Origin: Octopus sinensis
Lineage: Eukaryota
Length of the DNA: 64,000 bases
Direction of reading: 5' to 3'
Assembly: GCF_006345805.1 (NCBI RefSeq)
Contig: NC_043018.1
Location: forward strand, 3,658,001 to 3,722,000
Part shown: piece by piece, positions 25,248-37,886 of the stretch
Position numbering within the stretch: position 1 is the stretch's first letter
How the letters are laid out: each line of letters starts with the position of its first letter
Notes under the pieces: model-generated
What the model was told of the DNA's origin: nothing
What the model saw: the letters and a program-made list of their open reading frames with translations, nothing else
Databases searched by the model: none
Position numbers and translations under genes: made by a program

Positions 25248-25661
25248 TTTACTCTCTTTACTCTTTTACTTGTTTCAGTCATTTGACTGCGGCCATGCTG
25301 GAGCACCGCCTTTAGTCGAACAAATCGACCCCGGGACTTATTCTTTGTAAGCCCAGTACTTATTCTATCGGTCTCTTTTGCCGAACTGCTAAGTGAAGGC
25401 GACGTAAACACACCAGCATCGGTTGTAAAGCAATGCTAGGGGGACAAACACATACACACAAACATACACACACATATATATATATATATACAAATATACG
25501 ACGGGCTTCTTTCAGTTTCCGTCTACCAAATCCACTCACAAGGCTTTGGTCGGCCCGAGGCTATAGTAGAAGACACTTACCCAAGGTGCCACGCAGTGGG
25601 ACTGAACCCGGAACCATGTGGTTGGTAAGCAAGCTACTTACCACACATCCACTCCTGCGCC
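25248..25661 (-). mobile_element. SINE family A, full length
   Basis: Matches the other copies. Confidence 0.85.
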
Positions 25662-26579
25662 TATGTGTGTGTATCTGTGTACATCTTTATTTTTTCTGAT
25701 TCATGGCTTATAATTAATATATTGGTAGCATGTTTATCTTTCCAGTATTCCATAAGTAAATGCACTGAGCAATCTTTATGGAACCCACCTAATAAGTAAA
25801 CAATTAAGTACATGAATGAACATTAAACTGATTCTATGTAACCTTTCCTTTTTAATATTGATAATTGATATATACACACAATTTACTTATTTGGGTCATG
25901 ATATCATTTTTGATAATCTTAAATTTTATTTTATACAACATAAAACTATTGTTTATAGACAATCACCCATAGTACCCCAAGATAAAATGTCCTCTATATT
26001 AACATCCTTGGTTTTATTAACTTCTTGCCCCTTTAACTAGTAATTAACACCATGATTTAGAGTCTTCCCGTACCCAGCCTCCTTTCATAGGCAGTTACTT
26101 TACATCCAATTTACTACTTCTAATGTCTTCTTCCCTCCCCGAAGAAAAGGGATACACATGACAATATTTATGACCATACCCAGCCATGAGGTGTCGACTC
26201 ACCCTTGCCCTTCACTCCAAACAGACACAGTCCCCTAGTCTTAGATTTAGTAGTTGATAAAAAGACAAGTAAATTAGAAATGAACCACAATCCTTTACAA
26301 GCTATGACCCCAATGGGCTGCATGCCATGCTTAGAAGTGTAGTCTTTTCTTAGCTACAGTAGCGACATGAATTTCTTACATCTTCTTGCTCTGTTAAAGT
26401 ATTCGAGAAAAATTATATTAATGTGTCCAACTGGTAAAAATTCTATTTATTTGTGCAGCTGATGATAGCCCTGCATTTAAATTGATTTAATGATTGCATT
26501 ATTCAATTAAATGGAGCCACTTGAAACGGTCGTATTGCATCCTATTGCTTATTTATATAGTTGTTGCCCCGATATGGAG

Positions 26580-26855
26580 AGCATCACTACTCGCAAACAC
26601 CATCAAGATCCCACTCCCACTTGTAACTGTCGAGAACTTGGAGATTGTCCTCTCGACCATAGGTGCATGATAAACTCCATCGTATATGAGGCAGCAGTTA
26701 CAGCAACGTTACATGATAACCTAAAACCAATTAGATCGCGTTATGGGAAGGCAGCTTCAAAAAGTGCTTTTCTAACCACCGAATCTCCTTTCCGGCACAC
26801 ATGGACAAAAGTAAAGCAACTAATTTTGGTATATATATATATAATCTTCTTAAAT
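26580..26855 (+). pseudogene. Frameshifted remnant of a Penelope-like element GIY-YIG endonuclease
   Basis: CNCRELGDCPLDHRC (CxCx5Cx5C) + SIVYEAAV, then after a frameshift EGSFKKCFSNHRISF...KSKATNFGIYIYNL. Confidence 0.72.
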
Positions 26856-26871
26856 TAGAATTTATTAATTG

Positions 26872-26904
<33 letters not shown>

Positions 26905-27670
26905 TACATACATCCATCCATCCATCCATACATACATACATACATACACAAATCTATCCATCCATCCATCCATCTATCCACCCATACATAAATACATACA
27001 TACACACACCCATCTATCCATCCATCCATCCATACATACATACATACACCCATCCATCCATCCATCCATACATCCATCCATACATACATACATACATACA
27101 TGCATACATGCATACATACATACATACATACATACATACATACATACATACATACATACATACATACATACATACCTACATACATACATACATACATACA
27201 TACATACATACCTACATACATACATACCTACATACATACATACATACATACATACATACCTACATACATACATACATACATACATACATACATACATACA
27301 TACATACATACATACACACATAGCCTCGAATAAAACCTACAAACATATTTTAAAGTATAGAATAACAATAAAACGAATGACTACTACCTCACCGGTAGAT
27401 ATTAAAAATACCTCGAATACCAGACGGTAAACACTACCACAAAAGAATATTCAATTGATTTGGGAATTTCAATTATTTTTCAGGAAGAGAAAGAAAAATC
27501 TTTATTGCCTAAGAACGGTGTATTTATACATCTCTTTATCTTTAATCTGGACTTTATTGAAGAGAGCCTATTATACGCAGAGGTTTATATATATCCAGAA
27601 TCTCACAGTACCTCTCTCACTCTCCTTTCTTTCTCTCTCTCCTCTCTCTCTCTTACTCTCTCTATCTGTC

Positions 27671-27701
<31 letters not shown>

Positions 27702-27721
27702 ATCTATCTAATGCATGTAGG

Positions 27722-27752
<31 letters not shown>

Positions 27753-28057
27753 CCTACATACATTAGATAGATAGATAGATAGAGGGAGAGAGAGAGAGAG
27801 AGACAGAGAGAGAGAGAGAGACAGACAGACAGAGACAGATAGAGAGAGAGAGAGATAGAATGTATGTATGTATGTATGTTATATGCATATCTATATATAT
27901 ATAATTATATCTATATAGTTATATAATATATATATACCTACATACATTAGATAGATATAGAGTAGAGAGATAGAAGAGACAGAGAGAAGAGAACAACCAA
28001 CCGAGACAGATAGAGAGATAGAGATAGAATGTATGATTATGTATGTATATATGCATA

Positions 28058-28096
<39 letters not shown>

Positions 28097-28444
28097 TATT
28101 ATAGAGAATTATATATATTGCATATATATGCATATACATACATACATACATACATACACACACACGGCGACATAGACCACTACCCACCCGACCACCAACT
28201 CGCACCGGTTGCACCCAGAGAAGGATAAGGGTGGTTGATATGCGCTTTCCAGTTAGCAGCAGCAGCAACAACAACGGTCGGGGTGTTGTTTACTTTGTTA
28301 CAGTTTAGTCGCATGAAGAGGTATAACCGAGTGGTTAGGAGGCCGGGGATTGCATTCTGGAGCATAAGGTTGCAGTTTCGATCCCTGGACGGGACGGTGC
28401 GTCGTGTTCTTGAGCAAAACACTCGATCTCACATTGCTCCAGCC

Positions 28445-28476
<32 letters not shown>

Positions 28477-29344
28477 CATGTATTCTGTAAGCTTATAAAA
28501 CATTCTTTTCTCCACTAGGCCAGAAATTTTTGGGGAGGTGGCCAGTCGATTAGATCGATACCAGTACGCAACTGGTACTTAATTTATCATCCCCGAAAGG
28601 GTGAGAGGCAAAGTTGACCTCAGAAGAGCTTATAAAATATCATTTACATAACTGGAACTCAGCACCGTTTATCAAGTTATCGCAGAAAACACACACACAC
28701 AGTTAATTTTTTTAGTCAGGAAGGTAAGCAGTGCTCATGACTCATCGCAGATCTCAGAATTTGATTTGATTTGCGAGAGATTTGGCTGCTATCACTGGCA
28801 TAACGAGCGACCTTGTAGAGACTTCCTCGTAGGCTCGTTATTGTTATTGTGGTGTGGTTGTTATTTTATTGTTGCTGCTGCTGCTGTTGTTTTGCTGGTG
28901 GTGGGGTAGCTGTTGTTGTCGGCGAAGTTGGTGTTAGGGGTGGTGGTGGTGCTGGTGACATAGTTGCTCTGGCGGTTGAAGGGGGAGGGGACGTGGAGTT
29001 GGAATTGCCGTTGTTTGTCATTGTTGTTGCTGGGGGTGGAGGTGGGGTGTTGTAGGTGTTGGTATTAGTAGTGATGTGTCTTCTTCTTCTTCTTCTTCTT
29101 CAAATCAGGACACTCATTAGCCAAAAAGAATAATCCCTAATCCGAACCTTACTCTAAGCTACTAAGAATACGTGTGGCAACTTGAAGGTCCACCCACCAC
29201 ACGCGAAAGCTACGTTGTTATCCTCATTCCGTAAACGGTGGCTTTTAACGGGTGGAGAGCTGAACCATCCTGGAATACAGAGGAATCGCAATCTAGACTA
29301 GGGTCTGAACGTTTACCACACCAAAGTGGGTTACACCATGGTTC

Positions 29345-29557
29345 CTCTGCTTTGTGTCAGAAGTAGGAAGAAAGAGTGAGAGAAAGTTGTGGTGAAAGAG
29401 TACAGCGGGGTTCACCCGCCACCCGTACCTGTCGGAGCCTCGTGGAACTTAGGTGTTATTGCTCAATAAACACTCACAATGCCCGGTCTGGGAATCGAAA
29501 CCACGTTCTTACGATCGCGAGTCCGCTGCCCTAACCACTGGGCCATTGCGCTTTCAC
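29345..29557 (-). mobile_element. SINE family C, 5' part
   Basis: Reverse complement of the head and body of 45729-46113. Confidence 0.7.
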
Positions 29558-29826
29558 ATGCGCGGTTGTTGCTGAGTTGGTGGTGGTCGTAATTGGAAGT
29601 GTGGTTCTTATGGTTGTTGTTGATATATAGTCGCTGCCTCGAGTGTTGTTTTTATATGTTTGTTGTTGATGTTGTGGTGTAGATGCCGTTGCTCAAGTTG
29701 ATTTTAGTGTAAACTATCAAAATGTGTGTGTGTGTGTCTGTGTGTGTCATATTTCAAGGTATTAGATTATAGGAGTGTAACTAGATATAAGGGAGAGAAG
29801 TCGAGATAAAAGAAAAGGATAGATAG

Positions 29827-29895
<69 letters not shown>

Positions 29896-29898
29896 CAT

Positions 29899-29955
<57 letters not shown>

Positions 29956-30001
29956 ATAAATAGATGGATAGATCGATAGGTAGATAGGTAGACAGACTGA
30001 C

Positions 30002-30053
<52 letters not shown>

Positions 30054-31162
30054 GATAGATAGATAGATGAGATAGATCGATAGATACACATATATCAATA
30101 TATTCATCGATAAATCGATGGCTTGATTGTTAGAATATTGGTTAGGCTGATAGATACATTAATAGATATATAGGGGAATAGAAAGAGAGAAAGAAAGAAA
30201 GAGAGAGAGAGAGAGAAGAAATAGATAGAGAGAGACAGAGGTGGGGGTGGGGACATTCGTGCGAGATAAAAGCAACAGTTATGTTTTGAGGGGCTGCTCA
30301 AAGGTCTTCTCAATCTCTGACTTGGGGTTAAAGAACAAGAAAAGCCCGTCAGCATCAGCATCACCACCACCATCACCAACAGCAACAACAACAAGTTACA
30401 CACACACACACACACATACACACACACACTTTCACATACGCATACACACACACAAGCACAAACATATATATACATATATAGACACATACCGTTTTACTAA
30501 TCTCTCATAAAGGGAATAACACAAAGAAAAGTAAGGCCCAGTGCATGATTTTCCCGGGGGGCCTGTAATGCTATATCCCCGGCCCATCCCGGGGTCGACC
30601 AAAACTTTGTGGATTTGGAAGACGGAAACTGAAAGAAGGGCAGAATTCTGGTTTAAGCATCCTCGTAACTTCTCTATTTTGGGGAATTTTCAGAAAATTT
30701 TTTGCAAATTTGTGTTCTACATGATGTTTAAAAAAAAATTTTAACCCCCACCCCATAAATCCTAAAAGCTTCACTTTATTTCCGAATATTTTTTAAAAAT
30801 CTGAATGCGGACAGTCCGAAATTTGTCGCTTAAATATGTATGTGTGTGTATGTATGTATGTATGTATGTATGTATGTATGTATGTATGTATTGTATGCGA
30901 CGGGTTTCTTTCAGTTTTCTACTATATCCACACGCTAGGCTTCAGTCCGTGTGTGTGTATGTGTATTGTGTTTGTGTCTGTTACGCCACCACTGCTTGCC
31001 GACCGGTGTTGGTGTGTTTACGTCCGTAACTTTGCTGTCAGGTAATTTGGACGATAGAGTAAATAACGAGCTTAAAAGTACTTGGATCCATTCAATCGAC
31101 TAAAAGTTTTCAAGGCGGTGCCCCAGCGTGGCCGCAGTCTAATGACTGTAACAAGTAAAAGA

Positions 31163-31262
31163 NNNNNNNNNNNNNNNNNNNNNNNNNNNNNNNNNNNNNN
31201 NNNNNNNNNNNNNNNNNNNNNNNNNNNNNNNNNNNNNNNNNNNNNNNNNNNNNNNNNNNNNN
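31163..31262. other. Assembly gap (100 N, probably a placeholder of unknown true size)
   Basis: Run of exactly 100 N. Confidence 0.97.
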
Positions 31263-31734
31263 AGATCACGTTAGTTGCGTAAAACTTATTGACAAAACCA
31301 ATCCCATTATAGGATTTCCACAATTAATATCCGAAGCACGTAGGTGGTAAAAATTGCAGAACAAAATATGTTGAAATATTGATTTCAAATTTTGGCACAA
31401 GGCCAGCAATTTCAAGAGAGGGGCTAAGTCGAGTACATCGACCCCGGTGTTCAATTGCAACTTGTTTTATCCATCCTGTAAGGAGGAAAGACAAAGTTGA
31501 CCCAGATAGTAATTTTGCTCGGCGTTTGTTGAAATATTGACCACAAGTTGCACTTCTGCCTAAATTTGAAAACAGTATTGGTTACACGAGTAAGTGAATA
31601 GGTAAATGGTCGCATATTACAGAAAGAAAGAAAGAAAGAAATTCTAATGAAATACTAATCGCCAACGTAAAGAAGTATCTGTTTTCATTCACTTACACTT
31701 ACTTCCATTAGTATTGTATAATCCTTTCTGCTCT

Positions 31735-32117
31735 AGGCACAAGGCCTGAAATTTTCGGGGAGGGGACTAGTCGATTACATCGATCCCAGTGCTCAACTGG
31801 TACTTAATTTACCGACCCCGAAAGGATGAACGGTAAAGTCGACCTCGGCGAAATTTGAACTCAGAACGTAGAGACACAAAATACCTATTTCTTTACTGCC
31901 CACAAGGGGCTAAACATAGAGGGGACAAACAAAGACAGACATAGGTATTAAGTCGATTACATCGACCCCAGTGCGTAACTGGTACTTAATTTACCGACCC
32001 CGAAAGGATGAAAGGCAAAGTCGACCTCGGCGGAATTTGAACTCAGAACGCAGCAGCGGACGAAATACCACAAAGCATTTCTCCCGGCCTGCTAACGTTT
32101 CTGCCAGCTCGCCGACT
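31735..32117 (-). mobile_element. SINE family B, nested or tandem copies
   Basis: Central domain present twice. Confidence 0.75.
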
Positions 32118-32439
32118 TATTAACATTGTGTGATAAAATGAAAGAGTGATGCGCATTAAAGCACTCCCTGTTCTGCAATATTCCTTTGGTTTAATCGGTT
32201 TGCTCAGTGGTTCTCAACCGGGGTCCATTTGGCTCTCGGGTGTCCATGTAAGATTTTCCTGTTAAAAATTTATCTGCAAAAAATTGGTTAAAACTTCTTC
32301 AATACACAAATAATTCTAACAATTTTCTTTTATACAATTGCTAAAAATATTTAACAATTAAAAATATTATAGGAGTCAAGTAGAATAAAATAGAAATCAA
32401 AAGGGTCCATAAATAATCCTTTCGGTTGTGTAGCGAGAC

Positions 32440-32727
32440 CAGTGGTTCCAAAAGTGGGCGATATTGCCCCACTGGGGGAGGTGAAAAGATTCGTGGGGTG
32501 CGCTGAAGAAAAGTGGGAGTGAAAATGAGGTGACCACAAAGGGCGATGGATGTCACGAAACCCAAAATAATGGGTTGACTAGGTTAAGTTTTACTTGTGA
32601 AATACAGGTGTTTTGAATTTGCTACAGAAAGTGGTCTATGTTTGAAGTGAGGAGCGAAGGAGGGCCCTAGGAATGTGGCCCGGTTGCCAAGGGGGTACAT
32701 TAGCCCGAAAAAGTTTGAGAGTCACTG
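32440..32727. mobile_element. hAT-type MITE
   Basis: CAGTGGTTCC...GAGAGTCACTG termini; imperfect 8-bp TSD AGCGAGAC / AGTCAGAC. Confidence 0.6.
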
Positions 32728-33316
32728 AGTCAGACGAACAAAGGCAGCACAGGTGACATTTTTTAAGATCTCAAAGACTGTTAAGAGGAATTGATAAAGT
32801 TGTTTCCAAACCGCAGGCGTGGTTGTGTGGTTAAGGAGCTTGGTGGCCAACCACAGGGTTCCGGGTTCAGTCACACTGCGTGGCACCTTGGACGAGTGTC
32901 TTCAACTATAGCCCTGGCCCAACCAAAGCCTTGTGAGTAGATATGAAAGACAGAAACTGAAAAGAAGCCCCGCCATATACATCCATCCATACATACATAC
33001 TCACACATACAGATATATATCACACCACATCACACCACCCCGCACACATTAGCACTGACCACTTCCCAGCACCCACACCATCATCCACACACCTACACAT
33101 GCACACACCCACACGTCAAGGTCACCAGCCCTTATCCACACGCACACACACGCTCTCACATACACACGTACGCACACCTTCGTTTTGGGATCACTACTAA
33201 TTTATTATCTCCCCTTCTTCCTAGCTCTCCTGTCTGACCACCTCTATCCGGCCATCACCATGACTGACCGCTAGCCACTAAAACTTTTTTATATTCTCTG
33301 TTTATTTTGTCGTGAT

Positions 33317-33353
33317 CTTTACTGTTGAAGAGTATAGGTTTGAAACGTAAATG
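33317..33353 (+). ncRNA. Decayed hammerhead-like motif (CTGTTGAA core variant) in a short (TA)n-anchored repeat
   Basis: CTTT-A-CTGTTGAA-GAGT-ATAG-GTTT-GAAACGT-A-AATG; homologous to 40080-40115. Confidence 0.4.
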
Positions 33354-33441
33354 ATTTTTCTCACCTCCCGAGCGTTAAACTAATACATCTGTTTGTTGTT
33401 TACTACACACCAGTCTTCGTTTTTTGTTTTTTGTAAATTCC

Positions 33442-33490
<49 letters not shown>

Positions 33491-33493
33491 ATG

Positions 33494-33544
<51 letters not shown>

Positions 33545-33554
33545 TATATATATA

Positions 33555-33597
<43 letters not shown>

Positions 33598-33605
33598 GAA
33601 TATAT

Positions 33606-33661
<56 letters not shown>

Positions 33662-33672
33662 TATATATTTAT

Positions 33673-33718
<46 letters not shown>

Positions 33719-34736
33719 GATATATATATATATAAATGTATATATGTATGATGTATGTATGTATGTATGTATGTATGTATGTATATATTATATCTATATA
33801 TATATATACACACACACGAATAGGGGCCGATAGTAGACTAAGTACCAGGTTTTAAAAAGTAACAATTCTGGAGCCGAATCATTACACAATAACTGTTCAA
33901 GACGGTACCCCAGCATGGCTGCAGTCGAAGGACTTAATCAAGTAAAAGATGAAGGAAACCGGAGACCTAGCTTATTCGCTTGCAAAAGCGAGTGGACTCC
34001 AGTAGTAGTACCCAGTGACCAGTAAGTGACATGAAACCCTTTGCTTGACCAGTGTATCACTTGTGGTACACTGGACATATTGCACCGGCGTCAATGCATC
34101 GTATATGATACACATTCCCAGTTTTTATCAGCCAGAACAGTACCTTATAAAAGAAAAGCTTTATGTTGCAGAGGAGGTAAGAAACAAAGGATAACTGAAA
34201 GTTAGAGAACAAACGGGGATGTTTTGGGCAAATAAATGAAAATGCCTTGGACAGTTAAAGGTTTAAAGTTTTCCCGGCTTGAACAGAAAGAAATCTGACA
34301 TTCGTACATAGGGATTTCATCAACCAAATCTTGATAAGAAAACTTACGTTGCGCTGAAATGATAGCTGAAGGCACTTGCTTTGTTGCTTCGCAAAGGAAC
34401 GAACCCGGATTTTCGGGCCCGAGATCCAATTTCAACTTCTGGTTCCTTCGATGTAATATTCTATGGTTGTGTTTCTTGAGTCATATCGGTGAACAACAAT
34501 CAATACGTCGTGTTTCTACGTAGATATCAAACACACAGAGGCCGCATTTTATCTTGCTGTCTATAGTTTCTACGAAGAAATCCAGGAAACTACACAGATA
34601 ACATCTGTGGAAACGAATGAGTAAGCTCCTGACTTAGCTACATCGGGGATTATGGAATTTTGGAGAATCTGAACATAAACTCTCCAGCTGATGAGGTCGA
34701 AGTAAATTTAATGGTTTGAAATATATCTGCCTAGGC

Positions 34737-34787
<51 letters not shown>

Positions 34788-34796
34788 GTATGTATG

Positions 34797-34830
<34 letters not shown>

Positions 34831-34893
34831 TATACTCACATACATATATACAAATACATACATATAAAAATATACATACACATGTATATATAT

Positions 34894-35086
34894 GCGCAGG
34901 AGTGGCTGTGTGGTAAGTAGATTGCTTACCAGCCACATGGTTCCGGGTTTATTACTACTACATGGTATCTTGGGCAAGTGTCTTCTTCTATAGTCTCATG
35001 TCGACCAAAGCCATGTGAGTGGATTTGGTAGGCGGAAACTGAAAGAAGCCCGTCGTATATATGTATGTATATGCATATATATATAT

Positions 35087-35134
<48 letters not shown>

Positions 35135-35347
35135 TTGTGTGTCTGTGTTTGACCGCCCCAACATCGCTTGACGACCGATGCTGGTGTGTTTACGTGCCCC
35201 GTAACCTAGCGGTTCGGCCGATAGAATAAGTACTCGACCTATAAAAGAAGTACTAGGCTTACAAAGAATAAGTCCTGGGGTCGATTTGCTCGACTAAAGG
35301 CGGTGCTCCAGCAGGGCCGTAGTCAAATGACTGAAACAAGTAAAAGG
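34894..35347 (+). mobile_element. SINE family A
   Basis: Matches the other copies, with a small internal duplication. Confidence 0.82.
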
Positions 35348-35433
35348 GTACATATTTACATTACATACAAATACACACATACATACATAAATATAAATGT
35401 GTGTGTGTGCCCACGCGCGTGTGTACGTGCGTG

Positions 35434-35493
<60 letters not shown>

Positions 35494-36451
35494 AGCGGGA
35501 CGTGGATATTTCTCGGAATTAATTGTGAACCTAATGGGTTATTTCTGAAAACTTTATCCCCCAAAACCTGAAATCGTAGCCTGTGTTGTGGCTGTATCAA
35601 AAGATAGTCACTCATCTGCAAATCATTGAAAAAGTAAAGGAAATTGGAATACGATGATTACTTAATGCACTTTATATACTTTATGCACAATTTTACGGGT
35701 GTTAATACATTCTCCGTCTTTCTCTCTCACTCTTCACCTTACCCTCTTTTTCTCACTCCTTTTTGTTTTGCTCTTCCCCTATCCCTTCAGCTAATCATGT
35801 GAAAGCGTTACAGACGGGCTAAGTAACGGACGAAAAAACAACTTAATTATAAAGAAAATAACGCAGTTCACTCTCAGCTCCATCAATGAAATGCTGATAA
35901 TCTCAAGAACCATGAGTTCACCAAAGTTGACTTACCATCAAGGAAAAAGACAGGTTTACTGTTTTTGGGGAGATAAAGGAACAATCGTGGACCCGAGTGT
36001 GTTAGTGTGATTGTTGAAAGAAGTAAACGTCCTTATGCTTTTCTTCGTCTTTTTGGGATTTCATTCAGGCATAATAAACTGATTGACACAAAAACTTTTA
36101 CGCTTGGATAGATATAGCCTCTATTCTTTATCATATGACGATATATAGAGGGGGGGGGTGGGGTTAATAGATTATTAACGCATACTAAACAGTTAATGGA
36201 GTTGCCACATCAAAATGGCAGGCGAATGTTAGACTGCCAGCAGGGGGAGCGAAAGGGGTTCGCTCCCCCTGCTAGCAGTGTATTATATATAAAGGATGCC
36301 GAAAGTTGCATCGAAAACCAGATGGCGGAGAATCTGCCTGGGGTTAAACTAGTAGTAACATTCACCTGCACTTGGACGTGTCAACTAGATTTACTATACA
36401 TGTATGTATATATATTATATTATATAATATATATTATATATATATATATAT

Positions 36452-36482
<31 letters not shown>

Positions 36483-36534
36483 ACAATAATAAATCTCTGA
36501 ACGAGATATAAACAGTAACTGCTCTATAACGTAT

Positions 36535-37039
36535 AGCCATCTGAATGTGGCTAGGGACAGGGCGGGGTGGTGGGGGTGTTACTGATGCTTTTAGCCCCAG
36601 GCGATCATCGACGTCACCAGAAGGACCGACACCATATCGGTGTCCTTGTTTGCCTGTAAAGGGAGATCATCCTCCCTTGAAGATACGAATACTACATACG
36701 GACCGGTTTCGAGGTCATTGCCTCTTATCAACGCATGGTAAGCACCGTTCCTCGATGAAGGATTCCCTCTACAGGCAACATATATAAGGTTTTTCACAGT
36801 AATCACCGTCACTGATGTAGAAAAACCGTCAACGGTGCTTACCATGCGTTGATAAGAGGCAATGACCTCGAAACGTATGTAGTATACGTATCTTCAAGGG
36901 AGGATGATCTCCCTTTACAGGCAAACAAGGACACCGATATGGTGTCGGTCCTTCTGGTGACGTCGATGATCGCCTGGAGCTAAAAGCATCAGTAACACCC
37001 CCACCACCCCGCCCTGTCCCTAGCCACATTCAGATGGCT
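36535..37039. mobile_element. (TA)n-flanked long inverted repeat (215/209-bp arms, 81-bp spacer) carrying hammerhead motifs; putative PLE pseudo-LTR fold-back
   Basis: 36535-36749 versus 36831-37039: 2 substitutions and one 6-bp indel. Confidence 0.8.
36695..36737 (-). ncRNA. Minimal type-I hammerhead ribozyme motif with U3-A8 core
   Basis: Minus strand: CATGCG-TTGATAA-GAGG(CAATGA)CCTC-GAAA-CCGG-T-C-CGTATG. Confidence 0.78.
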
Positions 37040-37068
37040 GATCCCTTACGTTATATATATATATATAT

Positions 37069-37102
<34 letters not shown>

Positions 37103-37143
37103 ATATATATATAATATATTATATATATATATTATATATATAT

Positions 37144-37225
<82 letters not shown>

Positions 37226-37234
37226 GTATATATT

Positions 37235-37563
37235 TGGGCAAGTGTCTTCTGCTATAGCCCCGGCGCGACCAATGCCTTGTGAGTGGATTTGGTAGACGGA
37301 AACTGAAAGAAGCCCGTCGTATATATGTATAATATATGTGTGTGTGTATGTGTTTGTGTGTCTGTGTTTGTCCCCCTAGCATTGCTTGACAACCGATGCT
37401 GGTGTGTTTACGTCCCCGTCACTTAGCGGTTTGGCAAAAGAGACCGATAGAATAAGTACTGGGCTTACAAGAATAAGTCCCGGGGTCGATTTGCTCGACT
37501 AAAGGCGGTGCTCCAGCATGGCCGCAGTCAAATGAATGAAACAAGTAAAAGAGTAAAAGAGTA
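37235..37563 (+). mobile_element. SINE family A, 5'-truncated
   Basis: Body and tail match the other copies. Confidence 0.82.
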
Positions 37564-37637
37564 ATATATGTATATATATATGAAGTTGATGGACATATAA
37601 CAACGTCAGCCGACACTAAAAATCTATAGGGAGACAT

Positions 37638-37705
37638 ATCTTTATTGATATACCTGATTAGACTTAGACTGTTAAGTCGAAACATATGTTGTACCAAATA
37701 AAGAT
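37638..37705 (+). ncRNA. Type-I hammerhead motif with C3/U8 core (CTGATTA)
   Basis: ATCTTTATT-GATA-TAC / CTGATTA / GACTTA(GACTGT)TAAGTC / GAAA-CATATG-T-T / GTA-CCA-AATAAAGAT. Confidence 0.68.
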
Positions 37706-37761
37706 CTAATACCGGATCCATCTCTTGATATCTTGATATTTAATACATACATACATAGATA

Positions 37762-37793
<32 letters not shown>

Positions 37794-37886
37794 ATATTAT
37801 ATATATATATATAATATATTATATATATATATTAAGTATAGGAAAGAATGGAGCTGAACGAAGATTTAACAAAATTCCTTTATTTT

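Noticed and set aside
27546-27599. TCTGGA...TTGAAGA-GAGCC...GGTTT...TCCAGA, hammerhead-like outline
   Set aside because: The GAAA box is absent; could only be a heavily decayed copy.
36296-36330. Hairpin GATGC/GCATC followed by GAAA
   Set aside because: No CUGANGA-type core upstream.
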